From contig CAJVZI010000004.1 of NCBI GenBank assembly GCA_913020665.1, positions 855-64,854 of the forward strand: 64,000 nt of DNA. Reading direction: 5' to 3'. This stretch comes from an uncultured bacterium. GTDB lineage: Bacteria; Fidelibacterota; Marinisomatia; Marinisomatales; UBA1611. A program made the translations under genes and the position numbers. The notes beneath the pieces were generated by a model. It saw only the letters and a program-made list of their open reading frames with translations, had not been told where the DNA came from and made no database searches. The first letter of the stretch is position 1, and each line of letters opens with the position of its first letter. Below are positions 29,595 through 39,609 of the stretch, piece after piece.

Positions 29595-30812
29595 TTGTCA
29601 AAGGTCAAACCCTTCCGTGGTTATCTTCCACACCCCGATCGAGCCAAATTAGTTTCATCGCCACCCTATGATGTGCTATCATCCAATGAAGCTAGATCTT
29701 TGGCCAAAGAGAATAATATATCCTTTTTAAGGGTTATCAAGCCCGAGATTGATTTTTCAAAAAATGATGAACCAAAAGGACGAAAACTACATGAGCACGC
29801 GGCTAGTAACCTTAATGAATTTATTAAGGGTGGTATATTATTAAATGACAAGGAAGAGAATTTTTACATTTATCAGATTTCAATGGGTGAGCATACTCAA
29901 ACTGGTATTATTGGTTTAGTATCAGTTAAGGAATACAATGATTCATTGATTAAAAAGCATGAATATACTCGCCCTGAAAAAGAAGATGATAGGACTTGTC
30001 ATATAGACACTACTAATGCAAACACGGGACCAGTATTTTTAACATTTAGAAATGATGGCGGGTTCCAAAGCATGATATCAAAAATATGTGGAAAAATAAA
30101 AGATATTAATTTTATAGCAGAGAACAACACAGTTCATTCACTATGGAAAATCCACCAGCCGCAACATATTGGAATGGTTAAAGCATATTTTGAATCTATA
30201 CCATGTTTATATATTGCTGACGGACACCATCGTGCAGCATCTGCCTCTAGGGTGAAAGCGATTAGAGGAAATAAGGATAGATCTTCTGATTTTTTTCTTG
30301 GCGCTATTTTTCCCCATGACGAAATGCAGGTCTTAGGATATAATCGTTTAGTAAAAGACCTTGCTGGCCTCACATCAGAATCCTTCATTTCTTTAATTAG
30401 AGAAAAATTTCAAGTTACTAAATTGAAACAAGGTGAGGTACCAAATAGAAGATATTGTTTTTCTATGTTACTTAATAATGAATGGTATAGGCTAGAGGCT
30501 AAAGATGAAATTATAATCAAGGATAGCGTTTTGGGGCTTGATGCTTCTATACTTCAAAAGCATATAATGAAACCGATTCTAAAGATTGATGATCCTAGGA
30601 CCAATGATAGAATTGATTTTGTTGGAGGTATTAGAGGTTTAAAGGAGCTTGAACGTCGATGCCAATTAGATGCAAAAGTTGCTTTCTCACTTTATGCTGT
30701 CACTATAGATGATCTTTTAAAAGTTTCAGATGAAGGAAAAGTAATGCCACCTAAATCTACTTGGTTTGAACCAAAATTAAGGTCAGGACTAGTTGTCCAT
30801 TTGTTAGATTAA
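29595..30812 (+). CDS. DUF1015 family protein
   Basis: 405 aa. N-terminal KPFRGYLP...SSPPYDVLS and the ADGHHR motif. TTG start. Confidence 0.75.
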   Translation: MSKVKPFRGYLPHPDRAKLVSSPPYDVLSSNEARSLAKENNISFLRVIKPEIDFSKNDEPKGRKLHEHAASNLNEFIKGGILLNDKEENFYIYQISMGEHTQTGIIGLVSVKEYNDSLIKKHEYTRPEKEDDRTCHIDTTNANTGPVFLTFRNDGGFQSMISKICGKIKDINFIAENNTVHSLWKIHQPQHIGMVKAYFESIPCLYIADGHHRAASASRVKAIRGNKDRSSDFFLGAIFPHDEMQVLGYNRLVKDLAGLTSESFISLIREKFQVTKLKQGEVPNRRYCFSMLLNNEWYRLEAKDEIIIKDSVLGLDASILQKHIMKPILKIDDPRTNDRIDFVGGIRGLKELERRCQLDAKVAFSLYAVTIDDLLKVSDEGKVMPPKSTWFEPKLRSGLVVHLLD

Positions 30813-30886
30813 ATCATTCAGTTAAAAGATTGAATGTTTAAATTCTGACGGTTATTTAACTATTTAATTTTTAAAGGAACAAAGCA

Positions 30887-32158
30887 ATGAATTCACTGAA
30901 AGCAGAACTTCAGAATCAGATTCCAAAGTTGCAAAATGAAATAAAACAACTCCTCAATGAAAAAGGTGATAGAACTATTAGTGAAGTAACTGTTTCTCAA
31001 GCATATTCTGGGATGAGAGGGATTAAAGCATTTGTTTGTGATACATCGTCTGTTTCGCCAGAAAAGGGTTTGATCATTCGGGGTATCCCTTTGCTTGATA
31101 TTACTCATATACTACCAGAAGAGGTCTTTTTTCTCTTACTTGCCGGTAGATTGCCGAATGATGAAGAGACTAGAGATTTGAAGGATGAATTTTCATCCCA
31201 CCTTATTGTTCCTGATTATGTATGGAACTTATTAAAAGAAATGCCAGAAGATTCACATCCTATGACCATGTTCAATACAGGTATTCTTGCTATGCAGGGC
31301 GAGAGTGTTTTTCGAAAAAGATATGACGAAGGGATGCCTAAAAGTGAGTACTGGGAGGCAATATTAGAAGATGGTATTCGTTTACTTGCTAAATTGCCTG
31401 CACTTGGCGCGGGAATATATAGGATGAGATTTCAGAAGGGTGATAGGATCGACCCTGATCCTAATAAGGACTGGGCAGGTAACTTTGTACATATGATCGG
31501 GCTAGAAGATGATAATGGGGACTTTCATAAATTGATGCAGCTATATTTTATGTTGCATTGCGATCATGAGGGAGGCAATGTTAGTGCTTTTGCGTCTCAT
31601 ACAGTTGCCTCTGCTCTTTCTGATCCATATTATTCAGTTACTGCAGGTTTAAATGGTCTTGCTGGGCCATTACATGGGCTTGCAAATCAAGAGTGTTTAA
31701 AATTTGTTTTAAGTGTTCGTGATGAATTTAAAGGCCTTCCTTCCGAAAATGAGTTAAAAGAATATTGTTGGTCTCGCTTGAATAATGGAAGGGTGATACC
31801 TGGATATGGACATGCAGTTTTAAGATGCCCCGATCCTAGGTTTTCTGCATTTATAAAATTTGGTCAAGACCATATAAAAAATGATGATGTTTTTGGTATT
31901 GTTGATCTTTTATTTAAGGTTGTGCCTGGGGTTTTGAAAGAGCATGGTAAGGCCAAGAATCCCTGGCCTAATGTGGATGCGGCTTCAGGGTCGCTATTAT
32001 ATTATTACGGATTAAAAGAATTTAATTTTTACACTGTTCTATTTAGTATATCTCGCACAATGGGTATGATCTCGCAGATGGTATGGGAACGTGCTCTTGG
32101 TATTCCAATTACTCGCCCGAAGTCTATTACAACAGATTGGATAAAATCGAACACTTAA
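30887..32158 (+). CDS. gltA: Citrate synthase
   Basis: 423 aa with the HCDHEGGNVS and PGYGHAVLRCPDPR catalytic motifs. Confidence 0.9.
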   Translation: MNSLKAELQNQIPKLQNEIKQLLNEKGDRTISEVTVSQAYSGMRGIKAFVCDTSSVSPEKGLIIRGIPLLDITHILPEEVFFLLLAGRLPNDEETRDLKDEFSSHLIVPDYVWNLLKEMPEDSHPMTMFNTGILAMQGESVFRKRYDEGMPKSEYWEAILEDGIRLLAKLPALGAGIYRMRFQKGDRIDPDPNKDWAGNFVHMIGLEDDNGDFHKLMQLYFMLHCDHEGGNVSAFASHTVASALSDPYYSVTAGLNGLAGPLHGLANQECLKFVLSVRDEFKGLPSENELKEYCWSRLNNGRVIPGYGHAVLRCPDPRFSAFIKFGQDHIKNDDVFGIVDLLFKVVPGVLKEHGKAKNPWPNVDAASGSLLYYYGLKEFNFYTVLFSISRTMGMISQMVWERALGIPITRPKSITTDWIKSNT

Positions 32159-32173
32159 CAAAAGGCTGGTAAA

Positions 32174-34420
32174 ATGGTAAATCTATATAGATTTATATCG
32201 GGATGTATTTTTTTATTGCACCTATCCTTTTCAAGTGAAATTCATCAATCTATAAGGATATTTGATCCAACAGATGAAACCATAAATGTAATAGGGAGCT
32301 TGGGTATCCCCTTAGATCACATAACGGGAAAACCAGGTATATATGTGGATCTAACAGTAAAAGATGATGACACTATTGAATTACTTTCAAGGGGAATTGA
32401 TCTTGAAATATTGGTGCCTGATCTTACTTTATACTACAGGACGAGGAATCAACCTGCTATTTCCCGTGATTTTCCTCTAGGTTCAATGCAGGGTAATTAT
32501 ACGTGGGATGAACTAAATACAAGGTTTGACGAATTACAGAATGCATATCCCAATATCATATCTGAAAGGTTTATTATAGGTGAGTCAATTGAAGAACGTG
32601 ATATATGGGCCTTTAAATTATCAGATAATCCAAATATTGATGAGGATGAGCCAGAAGTTTTATATACAGCATTAACTCATGCTAGAGAGCCTCTAGGAAT
32701 GATGAACTTATTTTATTTTGTGCAGACTCTAGCAGAATCATACCAAGCAGACCCGGAACTAACTTATTTGATCAATAACAGAGAAATGTGGTTTATCCCT
32801 GTTGTTAATCCAGATGGTTACATATATAATGAATATATTGAGCCTGATGGTGGAGGTATGCACCGAAAAAACCGATTAGATACGGGTTGTGGTAATGGTA
32901 CGAATCGAGGTGTTGACCTAAACCGAAACTATGGTTATGGTTGGGGATCAGATAATACAGGGTCATCTCCAAATCCCTGTTCAACGACCTACAGGGGTGA
33001 ATCTGAATTCTCCGAACCAGAAACACAGGCGGTTCGCGATTTTATTATTGATCGCGAATTCAAGAATGTTTTGCATTACCATACCTATTCAAATATATAT
33101 ATCCATGCATGGGGTGATGGGTCATTGCCTGATGAGCCAGACTTAACTACACTGAGAGAGATAGGAGAAGAGATGGCAAGGCATAATGGCTATGTTGTAG
33201 GCACTGGGCTTTCAACAATTGGCTATACTGTAAATGGGGATGCAGTGGACTGGACCTACGGCGATCAGGATATTATAGCATACGTGCCAGAAGTAGGATC
33301 ACCATCACAGGGTTTTTGGCCTTCGGAAAATGAAGTACTTGACCTCTGTACCGCACAACTTCACTCAAATAAAATATTTGCATTTGTTTCAGGTCCGGAC
33401 ATAGTTGTTCATTCGTATGAATTATCAGAAGAGTTCATTATGCCTGGTGAAGAAATAGAAATGGAGCTTATTATTCAAAATCGTGGTCTTAGTAATTCCA
33501 ATGGTGACATTGAAATAAATATTGAGCCTATGAATGATCAGATATCACTTGATACTGAATCCTATGCCATGAGTGAAATAGATGCAAGGGATTCCGATGA
33601 TTTTTCGTTTTCTATAATTGTAAATGATGATGCACTAGAAGGTGGTCATTCAGGAATTATAGTTGACATTAATAGTGATAATAGTATTTCAAGAACTGAT
33701 ACTATCCATTTTTTGATTGGTCAGCCACAGATTTTATTTTACGATGGCTTTGAGGGTGGTCTTGACTTCTGGTCTTTGGATGGGGACTGGGGACTAACGG
33801 ATGATGCCGCTACTGGTGAATTTGCCTTGTCTGATAGTCCCGATGGAGATTACCAAGAGGCCCAAGAAACAATTGCAGAATTTGTTCATAATGTAAATCT
33901 CAATTTTTTATCTAATCCAATAATAAACTTCACTGCTAAGTGGGATATAGAATCGAACTGGGATTTTGTTCGATTCCAAGCTTTTGTTATTGATTCAGGC
34001 TGGGTAAGTCTTGAGGGTGACTTCACTGAACCTGGTGTAGGTCAACCTGCTCAGCCTTTGGGTGAGCACGGATATGACGGTACACAAGAAGATTGGATTC
34101 AAGAAACCATATATCTTGATCAGTTAGGTGCTGGTACTTCCATATCTGGATTCCGATTTATCCAGACCTCAGATAATTTTGTTGAAGGCGATGGATTTAC
34201 TGTTGATGATTTTTCAATCTCTGGTTTTCCTATGGGTATTATGGGAGACTATAATATGGATTTAGTTGCAGATATATTTGATCTTTTAGCTATAGCAGAT
34301 ATAATCCTTTTTGGGGGAGTCCCAACTGACGCTCAATTATTTTTTTGCGATCTAGATGGCAGTGGTGTAATTGATGTAATGGATATCATTAATTTGGCAA
34401 ATCTCATTTTAGGTATTTGA
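32174..34420 (+). CDS. Secreted M14 zinc carboxypeptidase with C-terminal dockerin-type module
   Basis: 748 aa with a signal peptide. Zn ligands in LTHAREP and HYHTYS, plus GVDLNRNY. C-terminal double EF-hand dockerin-like segment. Confidence 0.8.
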   Translation: MVNLYRFISGCIFLLHLSFSSEIHQSIRIFDPTDETINVIGSLGIPLDHITGKPGIYVDLTVKDDDTIELLSRGIDLEILVPDLTLYYRTRNQPAISRDFPLGSMQGNYTWDELNTRFDELQNAYPNIISERFIIGESIEERDIWAFKLSDNPNIDEDEPEVLYTALTHAREPLGMMNLFYFVQTLAESYQADPELTYLINNREMWFIPVVNPDGYIYNEYIEPDGGGMHRKNRLDTGCGNGTNRGVDLNRNYGYGWGSDNTGSSPNPCSTTYRGESEFSEPETQAVRDFIIDREFKNVLHYHTYSNIYIHAWGDGSLPDEPDLTTLREIGEEMARHNGYVVGTGLSTIGYTVNGDAVDWTYGDQDIIAYVPEVGSPSQGFWPSENEVLDLCTAQLHSNKIFAFVSGPDIVVHSYELSEEFIMPGEEIEMELIIQNRGLSNSNGDIEINIEPMNDQISLDTESYAMSEIDARDSDDFSFSIIVNDDALEGGHSGIIVDINSDNSISRTDTIHFLIGQPQILFYDGFEGGLDFWSLDGDWGLTDDAATGEFALSDSPDGDYQEAQETIAEFVHNVNLNFLSNPIINFTAKWDIESNWDFVRFQAFVIDSGWVSLEGDFTEPGVGQPAQPLGEHGYDGTQEDWIQETIYLDQLGAGTSISGFRFIQTSDNFVEGDGFTVDDFSISGFPMGIMGDYNMDLVADIFDLLAIADIILFGGVPTDAQLFFCDLDGSGVIDVMDIINLANLILGI
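34244..34417 (+). other. Dockerin-type I-like domain (two Ca-binding loops plus helices) at the C-terminus of the M14 peptidase
   Basis: DYNMDLVADIFD-LLAIADIIL and DLDGSGVIDVMD-IINLANLIL. Both loops have D/N/S at EF-hand positions 1, 3, 5, 9 and 12. Confidence 0.65.
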
Positions 34421-36075
34421 ACTTGAGATTGTTTTTATTAATTCTTTTTCCAATATTGGTCTTTCCCCAGAAGATAGACCTAAAAAAGATCGAGTTAGGA
34501 AAAAGGAATGAAAAATATAGGGTTTGGGTCTATTTTATTGATAAACAGGGGTCTGAACCAATCCTATTGAATTCAAAAACAGTACAGAGAAGGATGAAAA
34601 ATGGTATCTCTAACAGTTCTGGTTGGTATGATACCCCAGTCTCTCCAGCCTATAAAAATGCAATAACCTCAATGGGACTAAAAATAGAGAATGAGAGCCG
34701 TTGGCTAAATGCTATATCTTTGCTTTGTACTAGAGCACACCTTGACAAACTTATAAAATTACATTTTATAGAAAGAATTGAACCGGTGCTTGGTTTTAGA
34801 TCCAAGCCCCTTACAGAACATATGGAATTCAGTGCTTATTCAAGAGATGATATTGATTATGGTTATGCGCAGGAGCAGACTGAGCAGATAAATGTTCATG
34901 AATTGCATAGCCAAGGATTTACGGGCGAAGGCACTAGGATCCTTGTAATGGATACAGGTTTTGATCTATCCCATAATGCATTAATTGATATTAATGTTGT
35001 TGCACAATGGGATGTGATCAATGATGATTATGAAACTGCTAATGAAACTGAAGAAGAGGAAAGTATTAATCAAGATTATCATGGTACAGCCGTACTATCT
35101 ACAATTGCAGCAAATGCTCCCGGTGAATTAGTTGGGATCGCATTTGATTCAGAATTCCTTTTAGCAAAAACAGAAGATGTTTCTCAAGAGGTACAGCAAG
35201 AAGAGGATAATTATGTTGCTGGTCTAGAATGGGGTGAAGAAAATGGTGCAGATGTGGTCACGACCTCCTTGGGATATCTAGATTGGTACGAGTATGATGA
35301 TATGGATGGTAATACAGCAGTTACAACTATTGGTGTTGATATTGCTGCTGGATTAGGCATGGTCTGCGTAACAGCAGCAGGTAATTCAGGCAATGATGAA
35401 TGGTACTATATTATTGCTCCTGCAGATGCAGATTCGGTCATATCCGTTGGAGCCGTAAATGCAAGTGGAGAGATAACAAGCTTTAGTTCACATGGCCCAA
35501 CAGCTGATGGTAGGATAAAGCCTGAAGTTTGCGCCAGAGGTAGTCAAACTTGGTGCATAAATCCTAATAGTACCGAAAATTATTCGCAATTAAGCGGAAC
35601 ATCCCTTGCGTGTCCTTTGGTTGGTGGTGTAGCAGCATTAATCATTCAGGCGAAACCTGATTGGACTGCAATGCATGTTAGAGAGGCTATTATGATGACC
35701 GCATCTATGGCCGATAGCGCAAATAATGATTATGGACATGGTATATTAAATGCAGCAGCAGCTATAGAATATGAAGTAATGTCTATTTTGGATGATAATA
35801 ATTCTATACCTAAAAAATATTCTATACTAAAAGCATACCCAAATCCATTTAATCCCTCGCTAAATATTGAGATCACAGTGGATGTTCTATCCCATCTAAC
35901 TGTAGATATCTTTTCATATAGCGGAAAGTACATCTGCACAATCTTCGATCAAATTGCAGAAAATAAATTTCAAAAAATGGAATGGAATCCAAATAGCCTA
36001 CCTAGTGGTATATATTTTATTATTTCTAATCTAGACGGGCAAAGAATCTATAAAAAGGTTACTTATATCAAATAA
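34417..36075 (+). CDS. Secreted S8 subtilisin-family serine peptidase with T9SS C-terminal sorting domain
   Basis: 552 aa. Triad motifs VMDTGFD, HGTAVLS and SGTSLACP. The TTG start overlaps the M14 stop (TTGA). Confidence 0.85.
   Translation: MNLRLFLLILFPILVFPQKIDLKKIELGKRNEKYRVWVYFIDKQGSEPILLNSKTVQRRMKNGISNSSGWYDTPVSPAYKNAITSMGLKIENESRWLNAISLLCTRAHLDKLIKLHFIERIEPVLGFRSKPLTEHMEFSAYSRDDIDYGYAQEQTEQINVHELHSQGFTGEGTRILVMDTGFDLSHNALIDINVVAQWDVINDDYETANETEEEESINQDYHGTAVLSTIAANAPGELVGIAFDSEFLLAKTEDVSQEVQQEEDNYVAGLEWGEENGADVVTTSLGYLDWYEYDDMDGNTAVTTIGVDIAAGLGMVCVTAAGNSGNDEWYYIIAPADADSVISVGAVNASGEITSFSSHGPTADGRIKPEVCARGSQTWCINPNSTENYSQLSGTSLACPLVGGVAALIIQAKPDWTAMHVREAIMMTASMADSANNDYGHGILNAAAAIEYEVMSILDDNNSIPKKYSILKAYPNPFNPSLNIEITVDVLSHLTVDIFSYSGKYICTIFDQIAENKFQKMEWNPNSLPSGIYFIISNLDGQRIYKKVTYIK
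35833..36072 (+). other. T9SS (Por) type-A C-terminal sorting domain
   Basis: AYPNPFNPSLNIEI...LPSGIYFIISNLDGQRIYKKVTYIK. Confidence 0.75.
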
Positions 36076-36121
36076 TTAGTTTGATTAATGATTTTCTTGC
36101 CTTCGTAACATAATTCATCCA

Positions 36122-36149
36122 AATTAGGTCTCGCCTAATTGCTTTCTTT
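36122..36149 (+). terminator. Possible weak terminator after the S8 peptidase gene
   Basis: AATTAGG-TCTCG-CCTAATT hairpin followed by the T-rich GCTTTCTTT. The stem is AT-rich, so support is modest. Confidence 0.3.
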
Positions 36150-37916
36150 ATGATTCGGATACTAAAACAATTTATAATAAAAGGCATTGTCGTCTATTGT
36201 TTCATGCAAGCGAAGGATAATGACCTGATATCCTACCCTATAGATCTCTCTGTCTATGATGGACAGGGCTCGTTACTTATTTCATGGACCTATCCCGATT
36301 CTATCAAAGCACATGAGACAAAGATATTTGTTCAAAAGTTTGGAAGTGAAGATTTTGTATTATTGTCTAAACTAAAAAATGATCTAAAACAATTTTTGGA
36401 TACTAATTGTGACCCAGGCGAACGTTATGTTTATAAGATTGAAATTGAAGATATTTATAGTAAAACCTACCATAGCGATATTGTAACTCCACCCTTTGGG
36501 ACATGTATTCCCATTAGTGATTCTTTATTTTACAGCAAAGATATTAGTTCTTTGCAAGATCTAATAATTATGCATATCAAAGAGAAAATAACTGCATATG
36601 ATCCCTCTATTGATTTCTACCCCATATCACAATTACTGAAATCAGACCTTAGATCTGATCATAAATGGTTAGAGTTGTTTCCATTAGCTCTATTAAGAGA
36701 AATAGAATCTATTATAGATCCAATTAATGATATGATCAATGATTCAGAGTTAAGAAATGAAATATTAGAATATGAACAATTATACAGGAATCATTTATAT
36801 CTGTCCCCAAATCTTTGGCTAGACAAAGTTGAAAAAGAGTTAAATGAAATTCGCGTTCATTGGAGTTTTCTTTATAAAGACTATCCTAATGCTTTAGACA
36901 TGTTTGAAGTTATAGCTCCAGTAAGAATTATCAGTTCACAAAAGATAGATCACAATAGTTCAATGATAAATTTATATTTGTTTCATCCAAGGCAATTAAG
37001 CAGCAGTGAGGTGTATTTACTTTCAGGTGAAGAGTACATTAATTTGGATGATTATATATCAGCAAATTCAAATTGGATATCTGTACCAATACCAGATCAC
37101 TGGGAATATGTCGACCTGATGATGAGCGATGTTTTTATTCAAACCTGTCCCTTGATCATTAATGAATCTGTGATATTCACAATTCAAGGGGATATCATTC
37201 CTCTTGGAGCTGGTCAAAAAAATCCTATAAAGGTTTCAATTGAAAATTCTATTTTATGGATGAATGAGATCAACTGGAATCCATATACAAAAAAATTAGA
37301 TCTTGAATTGGCTGGCAACCCAAATCTATATGATCAATACTTTATCAAACAAAATGGTGAAGATCTTTGGGAAGTAAAACCCGAAATGGGATACGATCTG
37401 CAATTTATAGATTCTACTTTTACTTTAAATGAAAATATGAAATTGCCTTCAATTCTATCGCTGGCAATATCAAATGAGGGAAATTCATCTTTTTCTGAAT
37501 ATATAATTTTGGATACTCTTCCATTTGCTATTAGTCGTAATCCTGATGGTGCTAGCTGGCATTATTCTGAAGCATATACTATGGGCTCTACTAATGAATT
37601 AATAGTTGATGATTTTGATCAAAGTTTTGTACCAGATCTTTTTGTTCTTTATCAAAATTATCCAAATCCATTCAATGGGCAGACTAGAATTTCATTTGAT
37701 CTATTAGAAAATGCAGTTGTTAGTCTATATATAACAGATGCAACAGGCCGTATACATGATAAATTAATTGAAGAGGAATATATCACATCTGGGATATATA
37801 ACTATACTTGGGATGGAGATGGCAGATCTACAGGTATCTATTTTATTACCTTACAGGCACAGATCGACCAAGCCCTCCCCGCCATTTTTAGTAGAAAAAT
37901 GATATACTTGAAATAA
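36150..37916 (+). CDS. Unknown secreted protein, T9SS cargo (N-terminal FN3/Ig-like domain)
   Basis: 588 aa. N-terminal hydrophobic segment and a beta-sandwich-like LLISWTYPD...RYVYKIEIED. C-terminal sorting domain. Confidence 0.6.
   Translation: MIRILKQFIIKGIVVYCFMQAKDNDLISYPIDLSVYDGQGSLLISWTYPDSIKAHETKIFVQKFGSEDFVLLSKLKNDLKQFLDTNCDPGERYVYKIEIEDIYSKTYHSDIVTPPFGTCIPISDSLFYSKDISSLQDLIIMHIKEKITAYDPSIDFYPISQLLKSDLRSDHKWLELFPLALLREIESIIDPINDMINDSELRNEILEYEQLYRNHLYLSPNLWLDKVEKELNEIRVHWSFLYKDYPNALDMFEVIAPVRIISSQKIDHNSSMINLYLFHPRQLSSSEVYLLSGEEYINLDDYISANSNWISVPIPDHWEYVDLMMSDVFIQTCPLIINESVIFTIQGDIIPLGAGQKNPIKVSIENSILWMNEINWNPYTKKLDLELAGNPNLYDQYFIKQNGEDLWEVKPEMGYDLQFIDSTFTLNENMKLPSILSLAISNEGNSSFSEYIILDTLPFAISRNPDGASWHYSEAYTMGSTNELIVDDFDQSFVPDLFVLYQNYPNPFNGQTRISFDLLENAVVSLYITDATGRIHDKLIEEEYITSGIYNYTWDGDGRSTGIYFITLQAQIDQALPAIFSRKMIYLK
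37653..37913 (+). other. T9SS (Por) type-A C-terminal sorting domain
   Basis: QNYPNPFNGQTRISFDL...STGIYFITLQA...KMIYLK. Confidence 0.75.
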
Positions 37917-37970
37917 GGTTCTCCTTTTCAGTTTTAATCTCTCAGAGATTTCTGTATTTTCCTCACTAGC

Positions 37971-38624
37971 ATGAGAATTCCGAATCTAATCATTCTATTT
38001 GTAGTGATATATCTTTGGGGAGCAGGATGTGCATCTCATCCGCCTGTATTGCCTCAGATGCCCGTAGAAGGAGAGACAAATATGGGTTTCTCATTTGCAG
38101 CTGAAAATGTTATTCCTGTGATATGGTGGCGGCATGGATTAAACCAATATACAGACATTGGTCTTAAGTTGGGGATTCCTCTTTCAGGAACTGGGATTGA
38201 TATTAATCGTGTTCTTATGAAAAAAGATCGAAGATGGGACGTCTTAAATCTTGCTTATAGTTATTCTCCAAATTCTAGTTTTGATCTTACATACTATATG
38301 TTTAAAGGAAGTAAAAGAAAAGATAAATTAAATCCTTTTAATATAGGGTGGACTGCAGCTAGAGTAATGATAATTCCTGACGGAAGATATGAGAATCCTG
38401 GACCCGGGAACGATAAAAGTATAAGATTTGGGTTTTTAATAGGTAGGAGATTTGGGTATCGATGGGGTTTTGAAACAGGTTATTTTCATGATTTTAGAGG
38501 TGGGTTTGACCCAAATAATAAAGATTACCCCCATTCTGATAACAAATGGCCCACTCAATTTTCTAGAGGGACAGGCCTGTCCATGCAGCTATTCCTGTAT
38601 CTAGGTCCAACAAAGAAAAAGTAG
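37971..38624 (+). CDS. Lipoprotein, possibly small outer-membrane beta protein; function unknown
   Basis: 217 aa with lipobox LWGAGC. Gly/aromatic-rich alternating segments. Confidence 0.5.
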   Translation: MRIPNLIILFVVIYLWGAGCASHPPVLPQMPVEGETNMGFSFAAENVIPVIWWRHGLNQYTDIGLKLGIPLSGTGIDINRVLMKKDRRWDVLNLAYSYSPNSSFDLTYYMFKGSKRKDKLNPFNIGWTAARVMIIPDGRYENPGPGNDKSIRFGFLIGRRFGYRWGFETGYFHDFRGGFDPNNKDYPHSDNKWPTQFSRGTGLSMQLFLYLGPTKKK

Positions 38625-38631
38625 TAGATCT

Positions 38632-39609
38632 ATGGCTGGTCAACCATTCCGATCTGCCTTATTTAATAAAGACAAGCAGGCCTGTTATAAATCAGTTTCT
38701 TCCATTCTAAAAGCTAATGAACTCGTCAATTTAATTAACGATCTTCTTTTTTCAAGCGCTGCGGTTATTTATAGAGGGGATGCTGAATTACATCCAATTT
38801 GTATTATTAATTCAATAAAAAATTTTATTGGTGATAATAGAGAAAGCCCATCTAAATCCCTACTCCACTTTGCAGTTGATTATATTATTTCATTTGAATT
38901 TAGAAAAGATGATAATGAGATCTTAGAAAAGATAATAAGGGACGGTGTTGGCAGTACAGCATTTTTAGGTGACCTAGAAAATGCATGTCAGTCTGGTGAT
39001 TGGAATAGTTCCGAAACAATTATGGCTAAAATATTTTTGGCTTCAGATCGTTCCAGAGCAACTATGGATGCACTTGCAGAATTGGCGCTGCAAGATACGA
39101 AACGTAATGGAATTTTTATATATCATTTATTAAGAGCATACCAATTCCAAGAAAGAAAAACGGATAACTGGGTCTTTACAAAATGTTTATTTGATAACTT
39201 AGCATCGCATAAGCTAAAAGATGCTCATAAGCAAACTGATCGAAGCCCGGATTCAATAAGGAACCATTACATTCAGGCAGGCAATATAGAATTATTTTCT
39301 GCAATAGATAGGATTTGGAAAGGCGATTATGTTCGAATAAGAGGGTACAGGCGTGAATTAAGCTACTGGATAGATCAAATAAAAATTAATAAGGGTATAG
39401 ATATTGATATTAATGATAACCATGGATTATTATTAATTGAGCCAAATACATTTATTGATTCTGCAGAAAACATTGTCCAAGCAGAAAAAACTCAAAATGA
39501 AAAAGCAAAGGAATTGGTAACTTTAGAAGCTATAAGATCTTTGTCTAGAAGTGAAAATAAGCAAGAACTTGCCATTTTAGGAACAAGATATATGGAACTT
39601 TTATCGTGA
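38632..39609 (+). CDS. Hypothetical protein (predicted mostly alpha-helical, no recognisable family)
   Basis: 325-aa ORF with no signal peptide. Its stop overlaps the GTG start of the next gene (GTGA). Confidence 0.5.
   Translation: MAGQPFRSALFNKDKQACYKSVSSILKANELVNLINDLLFSSAAVIYRGDAELHPICIINSIKNFIGDNRESPSKSLLHFAVDYIISFEFRKDDNEILEKIIRDGVGSTAFLGDLENACQSGDWNSSETIMAKIFLASDRSRATMDALAELALQDTKRNGIFIYHLLRAYQFQERKTDNWVFTKCLFDNLASHKLKDAHKQTDRSPDSIRNHYIQAGNIELFSAIDRIWKGDYVRIRGYRRELSYWIDQIKINKGIDIDINDNHGLLLIEPNTFIDSAENIVQAEKTQNEKAKELVTLEAIRSLSRSENKQELAILGTRYMELLS

Noticed and set aside
30813-30840. A CATTCA-10 nt-TGAATG inverted repeat after the DUF1015 gene, considered as a terminator.
   Set aside because: It is only a 6-bp AT-rich stem with a large loop and a poor U-tract, so the energetics look too weak to call.
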